Source: Candidatus Altiarchaeota archaeon
Lineage (GTDB): Archaea > Altiarchaeota > Altiarchaeia > IMC4 > SCGC-AAA252-I15
NCBI GenBank assembly: GCA_043800705.1
Contig: JAZDMS010000012.1
Coordinates: 1-29,337 of the forward strand
Length of the DNA: 29,337 nt
Direction of reading: 5' to 3'
The notes under the pieces were generated by a model. That model did no database searches and was not told the origin of the DNA. It saw nothing but the letters and a program-made list of their open reading frames with translations. The translations under genes were made by a program, and so were the position numbers. Positions 1 through 9,179 of this stretch are shown piece after piece (position 1 is the first letter of the stretch; every line of letters begins with the position of its first letter).

Positions 1-795
1 GCCGCGGGCCTCGCGCTCTCGGGCAACATCGTCTACACCTATACGTTCGCGAACTTCACGGTCTTGCGGTGCCTCGAGCAGATACGCAATGACGCATGCT
101 ACCACAAGGCGAACGTCAAGATACTTGGCGTCGGCTCCGGCCTGACATACGGCAGCCAGGGGATGACCCACCACGGCACCGAAGACCTCGCAGCAGTCGG
201 AGCTCTTCCGAACATGACCGTCTTCTGCCCGGCCGACCCGGTGGAGACTGAGCTGGCTGTCAGGGCGGCGGCGAAGCTGGAGGGCCCATGTTACATCCAG
301 CTGAGGAAGTCCGGGGAAGAGGCGATACACGCCAAGGCCCCCGCATTCAAGATAGGCAAAGCCATCCGTGTACGGGGGGGCAAAGACGTCACCCTATTGG
401 GCACAGGGTGGATAACCCACAACCTGCTGAAGGCCGCCGACCTTCTGGAAAAGGACGGAATCAGTGCCGGCGTCCTGAGCTTCCCTACCCTGAAGCCCTT
501 CGACGAAGCTTCGGTCAGAAATGCCGCAAAGGTTACTCACGGGATAGTGACCGTCGAGGAGAACACGACCGAATTCCTCGGCAAAGCCGCGGCTAAGGCT
601 CTTGTCACCGGCGGATGCCCGGCCCCCCTCCTCATACTAAGCCTTGGGGAAGGCTTCCCAACACCTGTAGGGTGCCAGGAATACATGCTCCGGAAGGCGG
701 GACTGGACCCGGAAGGCATCAGAAAAGCAATCAAACGCTTCATCAAAGACAAAATTCCGAAAAAACGCCCTAAAACCCTAAAAAACAGCCTATAG
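1..795 (+). CDS. Transketolase C-terminal (pyrimidine-binding + C-terminal) subunit, 5'-truncated
   Basis: Frame 1 is open from base 1 (AAGLALSG...RCLEQIRND), with G.THH..ED, PNMTVFCPAD, GKAIRVRGGKDVTLLG, TLKPFD and TVEE motifs of split transketolase subunit B. Confidence 0.88.
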   Translation, partial: AAGLALSGNIVYTYTFANFTVLRCLEQIRNDACYHKANVKILGVGSGLTYGSQGMTHHGTEDLAAVGALPNMTVFCPADPVETELAVRAAAKLEGPCYIQLRKSGEEAIHAKAPAFKIGKAIRVRGGKDVTLLGTGWITHNLLKAADLLEKDGISAGVLSFPTLKPFDEASVRNAAKVTHGIVTVEENTTEFLGKAAAKALVTGGCPAPLLILSLGEGFPTPVGCQEYMLRKAGLDPEGIRKAIKRFIKDKIPKKRPKTLKNSL

Positions 796-911
796 AGTGG
801 TATTTCGGTAACCCCCCCCTTTATATTGGTCCCCGACAATAATTATTGGGGATGGTTGATGCACGCTTACCGTGTCGACTTTTTCTCCGGCTTAATTTGG
901 GGGTGTATGGA

Positions 912-1166
912 ATGTATCCTAAGGCAAAAGGGGTGACGAAGATGGCCAGCGGGTTGAAGCCCGTCCTAGCGAACGACTCGGACAGGAACTTCATAGTGGA
1001 CCCAAAGGTCTTCATCGTATGGAGCCTCTGTAACGGAAAAAACAACATAGACGAGATAAAAATGAAATTCGGGAACAAACTCGGCCTCGACAAGGGCGAA
1101 TCCGACGACACGAACGTCGGCGAGATAATAACTTCCCTCCAACGGATAGGACTGGTGGAGACCTAA
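912..1166 (+). CDS. PqqD/RRE-like small winged-helix protein
   Basis: VWSLCNGKNNIDEI...LQRIGLVE matches the PqqD pattern (IW.L.DG..T..EI...L...GL). ATG 912 follows GGGGTG; the ORF track starts at 846. Confidence 0.6.
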   Translation: MYPKAKGVTKMASGLKPVLANDSDRNFIVDPKVFIVWSLCNGKNNIDEIKMKFGNKLGLDKGESDDTNVGEIITSLQRIGLVET

Positions 1167-1179
1167 AGACCGGTCAGTT

Positions 1180-1218
1180 GCCCTGCCTTGAGACTATATT
1201 TGAACCTCAGGCAGTGCC
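1180..1218. terminator. Imperfect hairpin between convergent genes
   Basis: CTGCCTTGAG (1183-1192) pairs with CTCAGGCAG (1206-1214). Confidence 0.35.
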
Positions 1219-1227
1219 TTTATCTTT

Positions 1228-1755
1228 TTACCTAGGCTTGTTCTGCTGGCAGATGCCATTGACCTCAGACGCATCAGCGCACTTGCACCTTCCATCGACC
1301 TTAGGGCACATCAGATACTTCAGGTCCCTGCAGCAGCAGACCCTTTCCGCCTCGCCTGACGGGAAGACCTTCCTATAAGCGCACCTTATAGCGCACGGAT
1401 CGTCCGAACCCATGTTATAGGTGCAATTGCCGTCTGCTACGACTGACCCCTCCCTGTATCCGGCCTCCAGGCATGCGCCGGAACAGTCCGATACGGTCTC
1501 ATTGCCCAATACCGGGATGCACACGCATTTCTGGCAGTATCCCTCCCTGCACGGGAAGCCCGCGTCGCACTCCTCCGGAGCCTCAAGCAGGCCGTCTCCG
1601 CACCTGGAGCCGGAGTCATCGGCTACAGGAGCGGGCTCCGCGACGTTCAGGTCGCCGACCGGGCACCCGACGTCATCCGCGCAGCCAGCCTCCTTCGCCT
1701 GGTTCAGGCACCCCGCAAGGAGAACCGCCAGAGCCAATACAAGAAGCCGCCTCAT
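1228..1755 (-). CDS. Cysteine-rich secreted lipoprotein
   Basis: MRRLLVLALAVLLAGC signal peptide with lipobox; CGDGLLEAPEECD is a Myxococcus-type Cys-rich repeat; many cysteines overall. Confidence 0.75.
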   Translation of the reverse strand: MRRLLVLALAVLLAGCLNQAKEAGCADDVGCPVGDLNVAEPAPVADDSGSRCGDGLLEAPEECDAGFPCREGYCQKCVCIPVLGNETVSDCSGACLEAGYREGSVVADGNCTYNMGSDDPCAIRCAYRKVFPSGEAERVCCCRDLKYLMCPKVDGRCKCADASEVNGICQQNKPR

Positions 1756-1835
1756 GAAAAACAAATAACACAAACACGCTTAATAACCAGACAAACAATT
1801 ATCTGACAACGAAAACAAGCATATCAGGTGAAACT

Positions 1836-3152
1836 ATGATTATGAGGTCATTCATCGAGGAACTTGACGAGAAAGGCAGACTGATACGGATAGACAAGGA
1901 GGTCGATCCGAAATTCGAGATTGCGTCAATCCTAAAAAGGCTGGACGGAAACGCGGTCTACTTCAGCAAGGTCAAAGGCTACAAGATGCCGATAGTCGGA
2001 GGCCTATGCAGCTCACGGGAACTCATATCAACGGGGCTGGGAACAACGCCTGACAAGCTGGTCATCAAGCTGGCAGACGCCATAGACCACCCGACGAAGC
2101 CTAAAACGGCAAAAACCGCCCCCTGTCAGGAAGTCGTCGAAGACGACGTCAGCAAAATACCCTTCCTAACCCATTACAGCAGGGACAAAACGCCATATAT
2201 CACATCCTCGGTAGTCATAGCAAAGGACCCCGAATACGGCCAGAACATGAGTATCCACAGGATAATGGTTATCGACCCGAAACATCTCATCATCCGAATA
2301 TGCGAGCGCGACCTCCACGAATACCTCAAGCGCGCAGGTGGAGAGCTGGATGTCGCGATAGCGATAGGCACAAGCATGTCCGTGCTCGTAGCCGAGGCTA
2401 TGAGGGTCCCGATAAAGCAGGACGAGCTCGAGATAGCGAACACACTGGACAAGGTAGAACTCGTCAGGGCAAAGACCGTCGACGTCGATGTCCCCGCCGA
2501 TGCGGAGATAATAATCGAAGGCAGGATAACGAAGAAAATGGGCGTCGAAGGCCCATTCGTCGAACTGACCGGCAAATACGACTCCATAGAACGCCAACAG
2601 CCGATAATCGACATCAAGAAGGTGACGCGTCGAAAGGATTCCATATATCAGGCGCTGGTCGGAGGATCGAACGAGCACAAGCTCCTCATGGGCCTTCCGA
2701 GGGAGCCGACCATCTACAACGAAGTCAAGAAGGTCTGCGACTGCAAGAACGTCTCAATCACGCCCGGGGGGGCAAGCTGGCTGCACGCCGTCGTCCAGAT
2801 ACGGAAAAAGAACGCCGACGACGGGAGAAAGGCAATCGATGCCGCATTCAAGGGCCACTCCAGCGTGAAGCACGTCTGGGTCGTGGACGACGACGTAGAC
2901 CCCTTTAACCCGCTGGATGTGGAATGGTCGATGGCAACCCGGTTCCAGGGTGGCAAGAATCTGGTCATGTTCGAGGACTCGAAGGGTTCGAGTATCGACC
3001 CCTCCTCGGAGTATCTTGAAGGCTGCGACAGGAAGAAGACCACGAAGATGGGCTTCGATTGCACAATCCCCTCAGACAGAAAACGTGAGGATTTCCTCAG
3101 GGTAGAAGCTCCGATGAAGATAGACCCGAAAAAATACGGGATCAATCTCTAA
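1836..3152 (+). CDS. ubiD: UbiD-family prFMN-dependent decarboxylase, probably trans-anhydromevalonate phosphate decarboxylase
   Basis: NMSIHR, VPADAEIIIEG, EGPFVE, VVDDDVDPFN..DVEW..ATRFQ, GSSIDPS and KMGFDCT motifs; AGGTGA RBS. Substrate is inferred from AcnX and mevalonate kinase nearby. Confidence 0.9.
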   Translation: MIMRSFIEELDEKGRLIRIDKEVDPKFEIASILKRLDGNAVYFSKVKGYKMPIVGGLCSSRELISTGLGTTPDKLVIKLADAIDHPTKPKTAKTAPCQEVVEDDVSKIPFLTHYSRDKTPYITSSVVIAKDPEYGQNMSIHRIMVIDPKHLIIRICERDLHEYLKRAGGELDVAIAIGTSMSVLVAEAMRVPIKQDELEIANTLDKVELVRAKTVDVDVPADAEIIIEGRITKKMGVEGPFVELTGKYDSIERQQPIIDIKKVTRRKDSIYQALVGGSNEHKLLMGLPREPTIYNEVKKVCDCKNVSITPGGASWLHAVVQIRKKNADDGRKAIDAAFKGHSSVKHVWVVDDDVDPFNPLDVEWSMATRFQGGKNLVMFEDSKGSSIDPSSEYLEGCDRKKTTKMGFDCTIPSDRKREDFLRVEAPMKIDPKKYGINL

Positions 3153-3158
3153 ATAAAT

Positions 3159-3308
3159 TCATCGGGTGAGGATTAATTTCTTATCTTCAACCCGAGCCTC
3201 AATTTTTCCGATGGAGAGTATCCCCATGCTCAAGAACACTACTAAGGGTACGTCTATCCTTACGCTACCGTCCCTCCTCACCTTTATCTTAGCAGCGCCA
3301 ACTATCAT
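3159..3308 (-). CDS. Small AbrB/MazE/SpoVT-like DNA-binding protein (49 aa)
   Basis: Hand-translated MIVGAAKIKVRRDGSVRIDVPLVVFLSMGILSIGKIEARVEDKKLILTR*; swapped-hairpin pattern; overlaps the end of the upstream ORF. Confidence 0.55.
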   Translation of the reverse strand: MIVGAAKIKVRRDGSVRIDVPLVVFLSMGILSIGKIEARVEDKKLILTR

Positions 3309-3462
3309 CTCTCATCAGGAGGACACCCTCTCTTACCTTATTGAACAGAACGAACTCTCCATCCCTTATCGTCATATGCTGGGTCAGTTCGGCAGGTATG
3401 TCGATCACTACTTTGTTTTTCTCCAAACGCAGATTGCACAATCCCTTAACGTCTAAGACCAT
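3289..3462 (-). CDS. Small AbrB/MazE/SpoVT-like DNA-binding protein (57 aa)
   Basis: Hand-translated MVLDVKGLCNLRLEKNKVVIDIPAELTQHMTIRDGEFVLFNKVREGVLLMRDDSWRC*; IDIP...M.I.DG..V.F pattern; GAGGTGG RBS 4 nt upstream. Confidence 0.6.
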   Translation of the reverse strand: MVLDVKGLCNLRLEKNKVVIDIPAELTQHMTIRDGEFVLFNKVREGVLLMRDDSWRC

Positions 3463-3476
3463 TCGACCACCTCAAA

Positions 3477-3560
3477 ATAGTATTGGGTAATCTACTATAA
3501 AAGTATGTATACTTAAATGTTGTAGTAGTATTTATAACAATATGTCCATTAATATTGTGC
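3477..3560. promoter_or_regulatory. AT-rich divergent promoter region with palindromic candidate operators
   Basis: AAGTAT-GT-ATACTT (3501-3514) is flanked by CTACTATAA (3492-3500) and TTGTAGTAG (3520-3528); TATA-like TTTATAA at about 3531. Confidence 0.5.
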
Positions 3561-3561
3561 T

Positions 3562-4530
3562 ATGGACGGGAAGGATTTGGACCAATTACGTGAATGGCTG
3601 GAGCTAACCAATCAGCAGTTTGACATTTTGAAGGCTTTATACACCCTCGAGCAGCGGCGGGAGGATACATCACCTATCAATATCCAAAAGGAATACACGA
3701 AGCAGTGCACGAAACGGATCGAAAGGAGCAACCTATTCACAATAATGAAGCTCCTCATGGACAAGGAACTAATCCAGAAAGCCGACCGCGGCAAATACCA
3801 GCTCAGCATCGACGGCATAAAAAAATCGGTCGATGAAAAGGACAAGATATTCAGGCAGCAGTATTCGCAATTCCAGAAGGCCAGGGAAAACCTCGACACA
3901 TTCCTCAGCGAAGTCTTGGGCCGGGAGCAAAAGCCAATGATCAGATTCCTCAGTCACAAGGAATTGTTCGCCAGCCTCTCGGAAAACCTTAAATACGCTA
4001 CCGAATATTGCGTCAGCGTAAGGGCTCCCGCACTTGTCTCCTCCCGGGCCTTCTACACACTGCTTGACCGGAAGGAGTATCATCAGACATTGGAGGAGCG
4101 CGCATTGGAAAAAAAGGAACTGCGGTTCAGGTGCCTCTCGGATTTCAATTTCAACATCCAATACGACCGGGCGAGGGCCCTTTTCAACGACGATCAGGCC
4201 GCATACTCGGAAATCATCCGCCAGATTGGCAGGCTACAGACGCTGGTGGAGGAATACGACAACCTGGAATTTCACATCCTCCCATATCCGATCGCTTTGA
4301 AGCTGTTCATGCCCGTCGTCGACCGCCCCCAAAAATGCTATATCTACCTCCCCGGATTTTCCAGCATATCCTCCCAGGGCGCGATATACATTAACTCCGA
4401 GGAGATTTCCAGGCAGGCGTACGAGATCTTCAACAAGGACTGCCTTATCAGCACTAAATTAAATGGGAACAATATCATACAAACGACCCGATCGATGAAG
4501 AAGTCACTTGACCGCCACCTGAAGAAATGA
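3562..4530 (+). CDS. TrmB-like transcriptional regulator (N-terminal winged HTH, C-terminal effector domain)
   Basis: LELTNQQFDILKAL...RSNLFTIMKLLMDKELIQK...GKY winged HTH, then a coiled coil and a C-terminal sensor-like region. Confidence 0.6.
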   Translation: MDGKDLDQLREWLELTNQQFDILKALYTLEQRREDTSPINIQKEYTKQCTKRIERSNLFTIMKLLMDKELIQKADRGKYQLSIDGIKKSVDEKDKIFRQQYSQFQKARENLDTFLSEVLGREQKPMIRFLSHKELFASLSENLKYATEYCVSVRAPALVSSRAFYTLLDRKEYHQTLEERALEKKELRFRCLSDFNFNIQYDRARALFNDDQAAYSEIIRQIGRLQTLVEEYDNLEFHILPYPIALKLFMPVVDRPQKCYIYLPGFSSISSQGAIYINSEEISRQAYEIFNKDCLISTKLNGNNIIQTTRSMKKSLDRHLKK

Positions 4531-5357
4531 AAGCGCCAAAACAATCGATAAAACACAATGCGGGCCAGCCGGATTTATCGGGCAAGAAGGTCTTTCTCTT
4601 CGACATTGAGGGCGTGATTTTCCGGGGTAGGGAACCTTTTGAGGCCATCCCCGGGGCTGTAGAGTTCTTGAATTTCCTGAAGTCGGAGGGGAAGGTCGTG
4701 AGGCTCATTGGGAATGCGACGGCGATGAATCCGAGGATCGTCTACGAGAATGCTGTGCGGATGGGAGCCTATCTGGATTTGGGGGACATCTACCTGGCGG
4801 GGGCAATGACCGGAGAATACCTGGCGAAGAGCCACCGGGGAAAGAGGTGTTTCGTCATCGGCTCGGATGTGTTCAAGGCAGACCTCAGGGATGCAGGAGT
4901 CAAGATAGTGGGCTCTGAAGGCTGCGACCTCGTCGTCGTCGGATTCGAAAAGATAACGTTCGATAGGCTCAACGAGGCGAACAGGGCGCTCCTTGGCGGC
5001 GCGGACCTAGTCGCAGCCCACAATGACCGGCTATTCATGACCAATCACGGGCCGATGATGAGCTCAGGAGCGTTCGTCAAGGCCCTCGAATACTCCTCTG
5101 GGAAGAAGGCCATCGCATGCGTCGGAAAGCCGTCGAAGTATTTTTTCAGGAAGGTTTTGGGGAAGCATAAACCCTCCGAAGCGGTCATGACCGGGGATTA
5201 CATCGACGGAGACATCGTCGGTGCCAATGCCTTGGGCATGTCCTCCATGCTGGTGCTGACGGGCGTGACCTCTCGGGAAGAGGCTGCAAAAGCCAGGGGG
5301 GAAAGGAAACCAAGCATTATTGTCGAAAACCTTGGAGACTTGATTCCAAAAAGATGA
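4527..5357 (+). CDS. HAD-IIA (NagD-like) hydrolase
   Basis: FDIEGV, IPGAVEF, VGKPS, MTGDYIDGDI.GA and LVLTGVT motifs; ATGA overlap with the upstream gene. Confidence 0.88.
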   Translation: MKAPKQSIKHNAGQPDLSGKKVFLFDIEGVIFRGREPFEAIPGAVEFLNFLKSEGKVVRLIGNATAMNPRIVYENAVRMGAYLDLGDIYLAGAMTGEYLAKSHRGKRCFVIGSDVFKADLRDAGVKIVGSEGCDLVVVGFEKITFDRLNEANRALLGGADLVAAHNDRLFMTNHGPMMSSGAFVKALEYSSGKKAIACVGKPSKYFFRKVLGKHKPSEAVMTGDYIDGDIVGANALGMSSMLVLTGVTSREEAAKARGERKPSIIVENLGDLIPKR

Positions 5358-5389
5358 AAAACTGAGATAAGATATTATCTAGGTATGCG

Positions 5390-5941
5390 ATGAAGGCCGC
5401 TTCGGATTCTAAGAACCCGTCAAGCGCCCACATGGTCGACCATTCCCGGCGGGTTTGGAAGCGGTGCAGAGCCCTTTCCAAGGCAGTGGGAGGCGATTCT
5501 GAGGTCCTTGTGGCAGCGGCCTATCTCCACGACCTAGGCCGGCACGGCGGCCACATAATACACGGACAAAGGAGCGCAAGGCTGGCGAAACCCATCCTCG
5601 TGAAGGAGCGGTTCCCGAAGGAGAAAATCCCCGATGTCTTGGATGCCATCGCGGTCCATGACTGGCAGACTCCGGACAGGATGCGGAAGACGCTGGAGTC
5701 TCGTATCCTCTACGATGCGGACAAACTGGACGTGTTCGGCGCCATCGGTGTGAAGAGGCACATACTCTACTTCTACCACAATAAGTGCGAGAACGCCTCA
5801 GCCAATGACATCATAAGGATACTGCAGACTAAATGGCGGAGCCTATGCCTGAAGGAGAGCAGGAAGCTGGCGAAGAAAGACTACGAATACGGCATATCTT
5901 TCTTCAAGCGGCTGGCTGCCGAGGAAGGCGGCCAGGCCTGA
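5390..5941 (+). CDS. HD-domain phosphohydrolase
   Basis: H...HS.RV, AAYLHDLGR, HG..SA, AI..H and LYDADKLD.FGAIG motifs. Confidence 0.9.
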   Translation: MKAASDSKNPSSAHMVDHSRRVWKRCRALSKAVGGDSEVLVAAAYLHDLGRHGGHIIHGQRSARLAKPILVKERFPKEKIPDVLDAIAVHDWQTPDRMRKTLESRILYDADKLDVFGAIGVKRHILYFYHNKCENASANDIIRILQTKWRSLCLKESRKLAKKDYEYGISFFKRLAAEEGGQA

Positions 5942-5971
5942 CCGGGTTATCCTCCCCGGCTCTCTGTTGCC

Positions 5972-7078
5972 TTACGTGGCTCTGTCGTCGAGGACTCCCC
6001 CCCATTCGACGACTGTGAATCCCTTCCTTTCGGGTGTGGCCGTTTTAGGGGCCGGCAATATGCCCCCCTCTTTCACGGGTTTGAAGTGGAATATCAGCCT
6101 GATTACCGTATCCGGCTTCGGTGATATGGCCATGCCCATGTTCTCCTCTAAAAATTCGTCGTCCAATACCCGAATCTCATAGTATTCGGATTTTGGCAGC
6201 TCTTCGAGCCAGTAATCCTTGAACTGGGCCGTTTCCTTCTTGTTCAATCCGAGCCTGGGCAGGTTGGCGTCGAACCAGGCGTCCAGATCCCCGTATTCCA
6301 CTATCCACCCCCCCGCTGGGACATCCAATCTCCTCAGCTGCGCCTCGTAGTAGAGGTAGTCGTATCTGCCGTCAATCCGTCCGCTTGGTTCAGCGGACAC
6401 TTCCCAACCGTCTGCGTATGCCGGAAGGCTTTGTGTGATGAATCCGTTCACGTTGATATGGACGCTGATGCTGGCTTTTTCCACAGGGTAGAGGTAGACT
6501 GCCGGCTTCTTCACCCCCGGCGGGAAGGCATGGCCAGCGCAGACCTTTTGAATCTGTTCTATCAGAGTTCCACGGCATCGGTACCTTTTTATCGCTGCCT
6601 CGTTTAATCCGTCTATTATGAGGCTTTTGGCCTCATCGATGCCTGGCGCGGTGCATACTGCGGACGTCGACCGCACCGTGTCGAGGCTGTTGACGATGTT
6701 CGGGCAATCCTTTGATATCGACCCTGTCATCGACTTGGAGGCCGCCTTCGGCTTCTCCATCTGTCTCAGCTCAAGGATCCTGAATGTCAGGTCGTATGCT
6801 CCGTTTTTCGGCTCGACCACTATCTCGCTCTTCTCGAATATGGAAAGTGACGGCACCTCCTCGCTGATGACGATCCTGGACGGCCTGCCCTCCGACATGG
6901 ACTCGTACACGCATCCATAATCCTCACCGCATTCGGCCATTTCATCGCCCGGGGGATGGGTATCCGGGAAAAATATTGCGGGATGGATTATGTAAACCCC
7001 GATGACGGCAACGGCCACAGCAAACAGGAGGACTACCGCTGCGATCAATGATATGATGATGGCCGCTTTCCTGTCCAT
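5972..7078 (-). CDS. Membrane-anchored conserved hypothetical protein (KP.VYLYP family C-terminal domain)
   Basis: N-terminal transmembrane helix; C-terminal KPAVYLYP...GWEV.A.P.G...YLYYEA...GL..KE...F..YW...FTVVEWGG, an uncharacterised domain I recall mainly from bacteria. Confidence 0.7.
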   Translation of the reverse strand: MDRKAAIIISLIAAVVLLFAVAVAVIGVYIIHPAIFFPDTHPPGDEMAECGEDYGCVYESMSEGRPSRIVISEEVPSLSIFEKSEIVVEPKNGAYDLTFRILELRQMEKPKAASKSMTGSISKDCPNIVNSLDTVRSTSAVCTAPGIDEAKSLIIDGLNEAAIKRYRCRGTLIEQIQKVCAGHAFPPGVKKPAVYLYPVEKASISVHINVNGFITQSLPAYADGWEVSAEPSGRIDGRYDYLYYEAQLRRLDVPAGGWIVEYGDLDAWFDANLPRLGLNKKETAQFKDYWLEELPKSEYYEIRVLDDEFLEENMGMAISPKPDTVIRLIFHFKPVKEGGILPAPKTATPERKGFTVVEWGGVLDDRAT

Positions 7079-7103
7079 GTCATCTAATGCGTCTGCGCCT
7101 TAT

Positions 7104-7895
7104 TTAGGCCAGATAATACGCCAACACCGTTAGTCCGAGGATTATCCTGTAGTATCCGAAGATTTTGAAGTCCCTTATGGTGACGTAGTCCATGAATCCG
7201 GCTATGACGGCCCAGGCGACGAGGAAGGATGCTGAGAATCCTACGCCCAGAAGGAGCAGTTCCCTTCCGCTCAAGTCCACTCCCGCCTTCAGGAGGGAGT
7301 ATCCGGAGGCCGCGGCCATGGTCGGTATCGCCAGGTAGAAGGAGTATTCGGCTGCGGCGATCCTCGAGCACCCCAGGGCCATCGCGCCCAGGATGGTTGC
7401 CGCGGATCTGGACGTCCCGGGGATGAATGCGAGGCACTGGATGAGGCCTATCGTGAAGGCCGTCCTATACGAGAGGGAGGCGACGGACGGTATGTTCGCC
7501 TTCATTTTCCTGCATTCCACCCATATCAATGCTACTCCTCCGACCAATAGGGCGACCGCTACGATGTAGGGGTTGAAGAGCAGCTTCTGCAACATTATCC
7601 CCCCTGTGGCTCCGATTACGGCGGCGGGGATGAATCCGACCAGGGCCTTCTTCCACAGTTCGAGTGCCTGCGGCCTTACTTTCCCGTTTGCGAATAGATT
7701 GAGCCTGCCTCTGAAGTAGACCAATACCGCCAAAATCGCGCCGAACTGGATGACTATGTCGAAGGTGTCCGCGAATGCGCCTGTGAAATCTAGGAAACTG
7801 TTCAGGATGATCAGATGGCCGGTTGACGAGACGGGTAGAAACTCGGTCAAACCCTCAACGATGCCCAAAATGACGGATATGATGATGTCGTCCAT
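7104..7895 (-). CDS. uppP: Undecaprenyl-diphosphate phosphatase (BacA/UppP)
   Basis: GIVEGLTEFLPVSSTGHL, IQFGAILAV, PGTSRS.ATI and FGYYRI motifs; start moved to the ATG at 7895. Confidence 0.93.
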   Translation of the reverse strand: MDDIIISVILGIVEGLTEFLPVSSTGHLIILNSFLDFTGAFADTFDIVIQFGAILAVLVYFRGRLNLFANGKVRPQALELWKKALVGFIPAAVIGATGGIMLQKLLFNPYIVAVALLVGGVALIWVECRKMKANIPSVASLSYRTAFTIGLIQCLAFIPGTSRSAATILGAMALGCSRIAAAEYSFYLAIPTMAAASGYSLLKAGVDLSGRELLLLGVGFSASFLVAWAVIAGFMDYVTIRDFKIFGYYRIILGLTVLAYYLA

Positions 7896-7976
7896 TATTG
7901 TCTCGCTCCATACGTATTGGTCGTTGGGAATAATATATCGAGCCCTTTTATATCGTCTTTTTGTATATCCTATATC

Positions 7977-9179
7977 ATGCAACTGACGAGGGATGAAGAG
8001 GCCGTCCTAAGCGGCTCGGCAGGCAATGCGGCCGCGAAGTCGATGAAGATCCTCGTCGCCTTGGGCGAGATTTACGGAGCTGAAAAACTGATTCCCATTT
8101 CGTCGGTGCAAATCGCAGGAGTATCCTTCGATAACCTCGGCGACGCAGGCCTCGAATACCTCGCCGAGCTGGCGAAGGACGGCCAGGTCAAGGTCACGAC
8201 CACCCTGAATCCCGCGGGGATGGACCTCATAGACTGGAAAAAGCTCGGCATCAGCCCCGAATTCGCGCAAAAGCAGCAGAAGGTCATCGAAGCCTTCGAC
8301 AGGATGGGCGTAATCACCTGCTGCACCTGCACGCCGTACCTGGTTGGCAACCTCCCCCACTTCGGGCAGCACATCGCATGGAGCGAATCCAGCGCCGTCA
8401 CATTCGTCAACTCGGTAATCGGCGCGAGGACGAACCGCGAAGGCGGCCCCTCCGCGATAGCCGCCGCGATGAACGGCAAGAGCCCGGAGTATGGTTTGCA
8501 CCTTGACAGGGAACGCAAACCGGATATCACATTCGAAGTCGAGGCCGATATTAAGACGCTCCCTGATTTCGGAGCCCTCGGGTACCTCATCGGAAAAAAA
8601 GCCGAAGGGAAGATACCTTACATACGAGGCATCGAGAGGGCGACGGTCGACCAGTTGAAGAGTTTCTCAGGGTCAGTGGTCACGTACGGTTCTAAGGCGC
8701 TGTTCCACATGGATGGGATAACGCCTGAGGCGAAGAGCCACAAGCCTCCGAAGGAGAAGGTCACAGTCGGCGCGAAGGACCTGGCCGAAGCGTACGCGGC
8801 CTTGAACGACCCGACAGGTCCCATAGACTTCGTTTCCTTGGGCTGTCCTCACGCATCCATAGACGAGATAAGGGAGATCGCGGAATACCTAAACGGAAAG
8901 AAGGTGAAGGAAGGCGTCGAACTGTGGGTGGCGACTGCGAGGCCGACGAAGATGCTGGCAGATGGCCGGGGGTATGTGAAGATTATCGAGGCTGCGGGGG
9001 GCAAGATGGCATGCGACACCTGCATGGTTGTGGCCCCCCTCAAAGGCAGGTTCAAGAACGTGGCGACGACGAGCGGAAAGGCGTGCTTCTACTGCAGGGG
9101 GAAGAACAAGATGCAGGTGAACCTGGGCACATTCCAACAGTGTCTCGACGCGGCCGTAACCGGCCGGTGGGGTGCGTGA
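7977..9179 (+). CDS. Aconitase X catalytic subunit, probably phosphomevalonate dehydratase large subunit
   Basis: TTLNPAG.D, CTCTPY, AWSESSAV...NSV.GARTNREGGPS, LGCPHAS, DTCMVV and T.SGK motifs; start moved to MQLTRDEE. Confidence 0.9.
   Translation: MQLTRDEEAVLSGSAGNAAAKSMKILVALGEIYGAEKLIPISSVQIAGVSFDNLGDAGLEYLAELAKDGQVKVTTTLNPAGMDLIDWKKLGISPEFAQKQQKVIEAFDRMGVITCCTCTPYLVGNLPHFGQHIAWSESSAVTFVNSVIGARTNREGGPSAIAAAMNGKSPEYGLHLDRERKPDITFEVEADIKTLPDFGALGYLIGKKAEGKIPYIRGIERATVDQLKSFSGSVVTYGSKALFHMDGITPEAKSHKPPKEKVTVGAKDLAEAYAALNDPTGPIDFVSLGCPHASIDEIREIAEYLNGKKVKEGVELWVATARPTKMLADGRGYVKIIEAAGGKMACDTCMVVAPLKGRFKNVATTSGKACFYCRGKNKMQVNLGTFQQCLDAAVTGRWGA

Noticed and set aside
3166-3456. 96-aa plus-strand ORF
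   Set aside because: It is the shadow of two minus-strand AbrB-like ORFs that have an RBS and a recognisable pattern.
7896-7982. Overlapping N-terminal extensions of uppP and AcnX
   Set aside because: This is an AT-rich divergent promoter; conserved sequence starts at 7895 (-) and 7977 (+).
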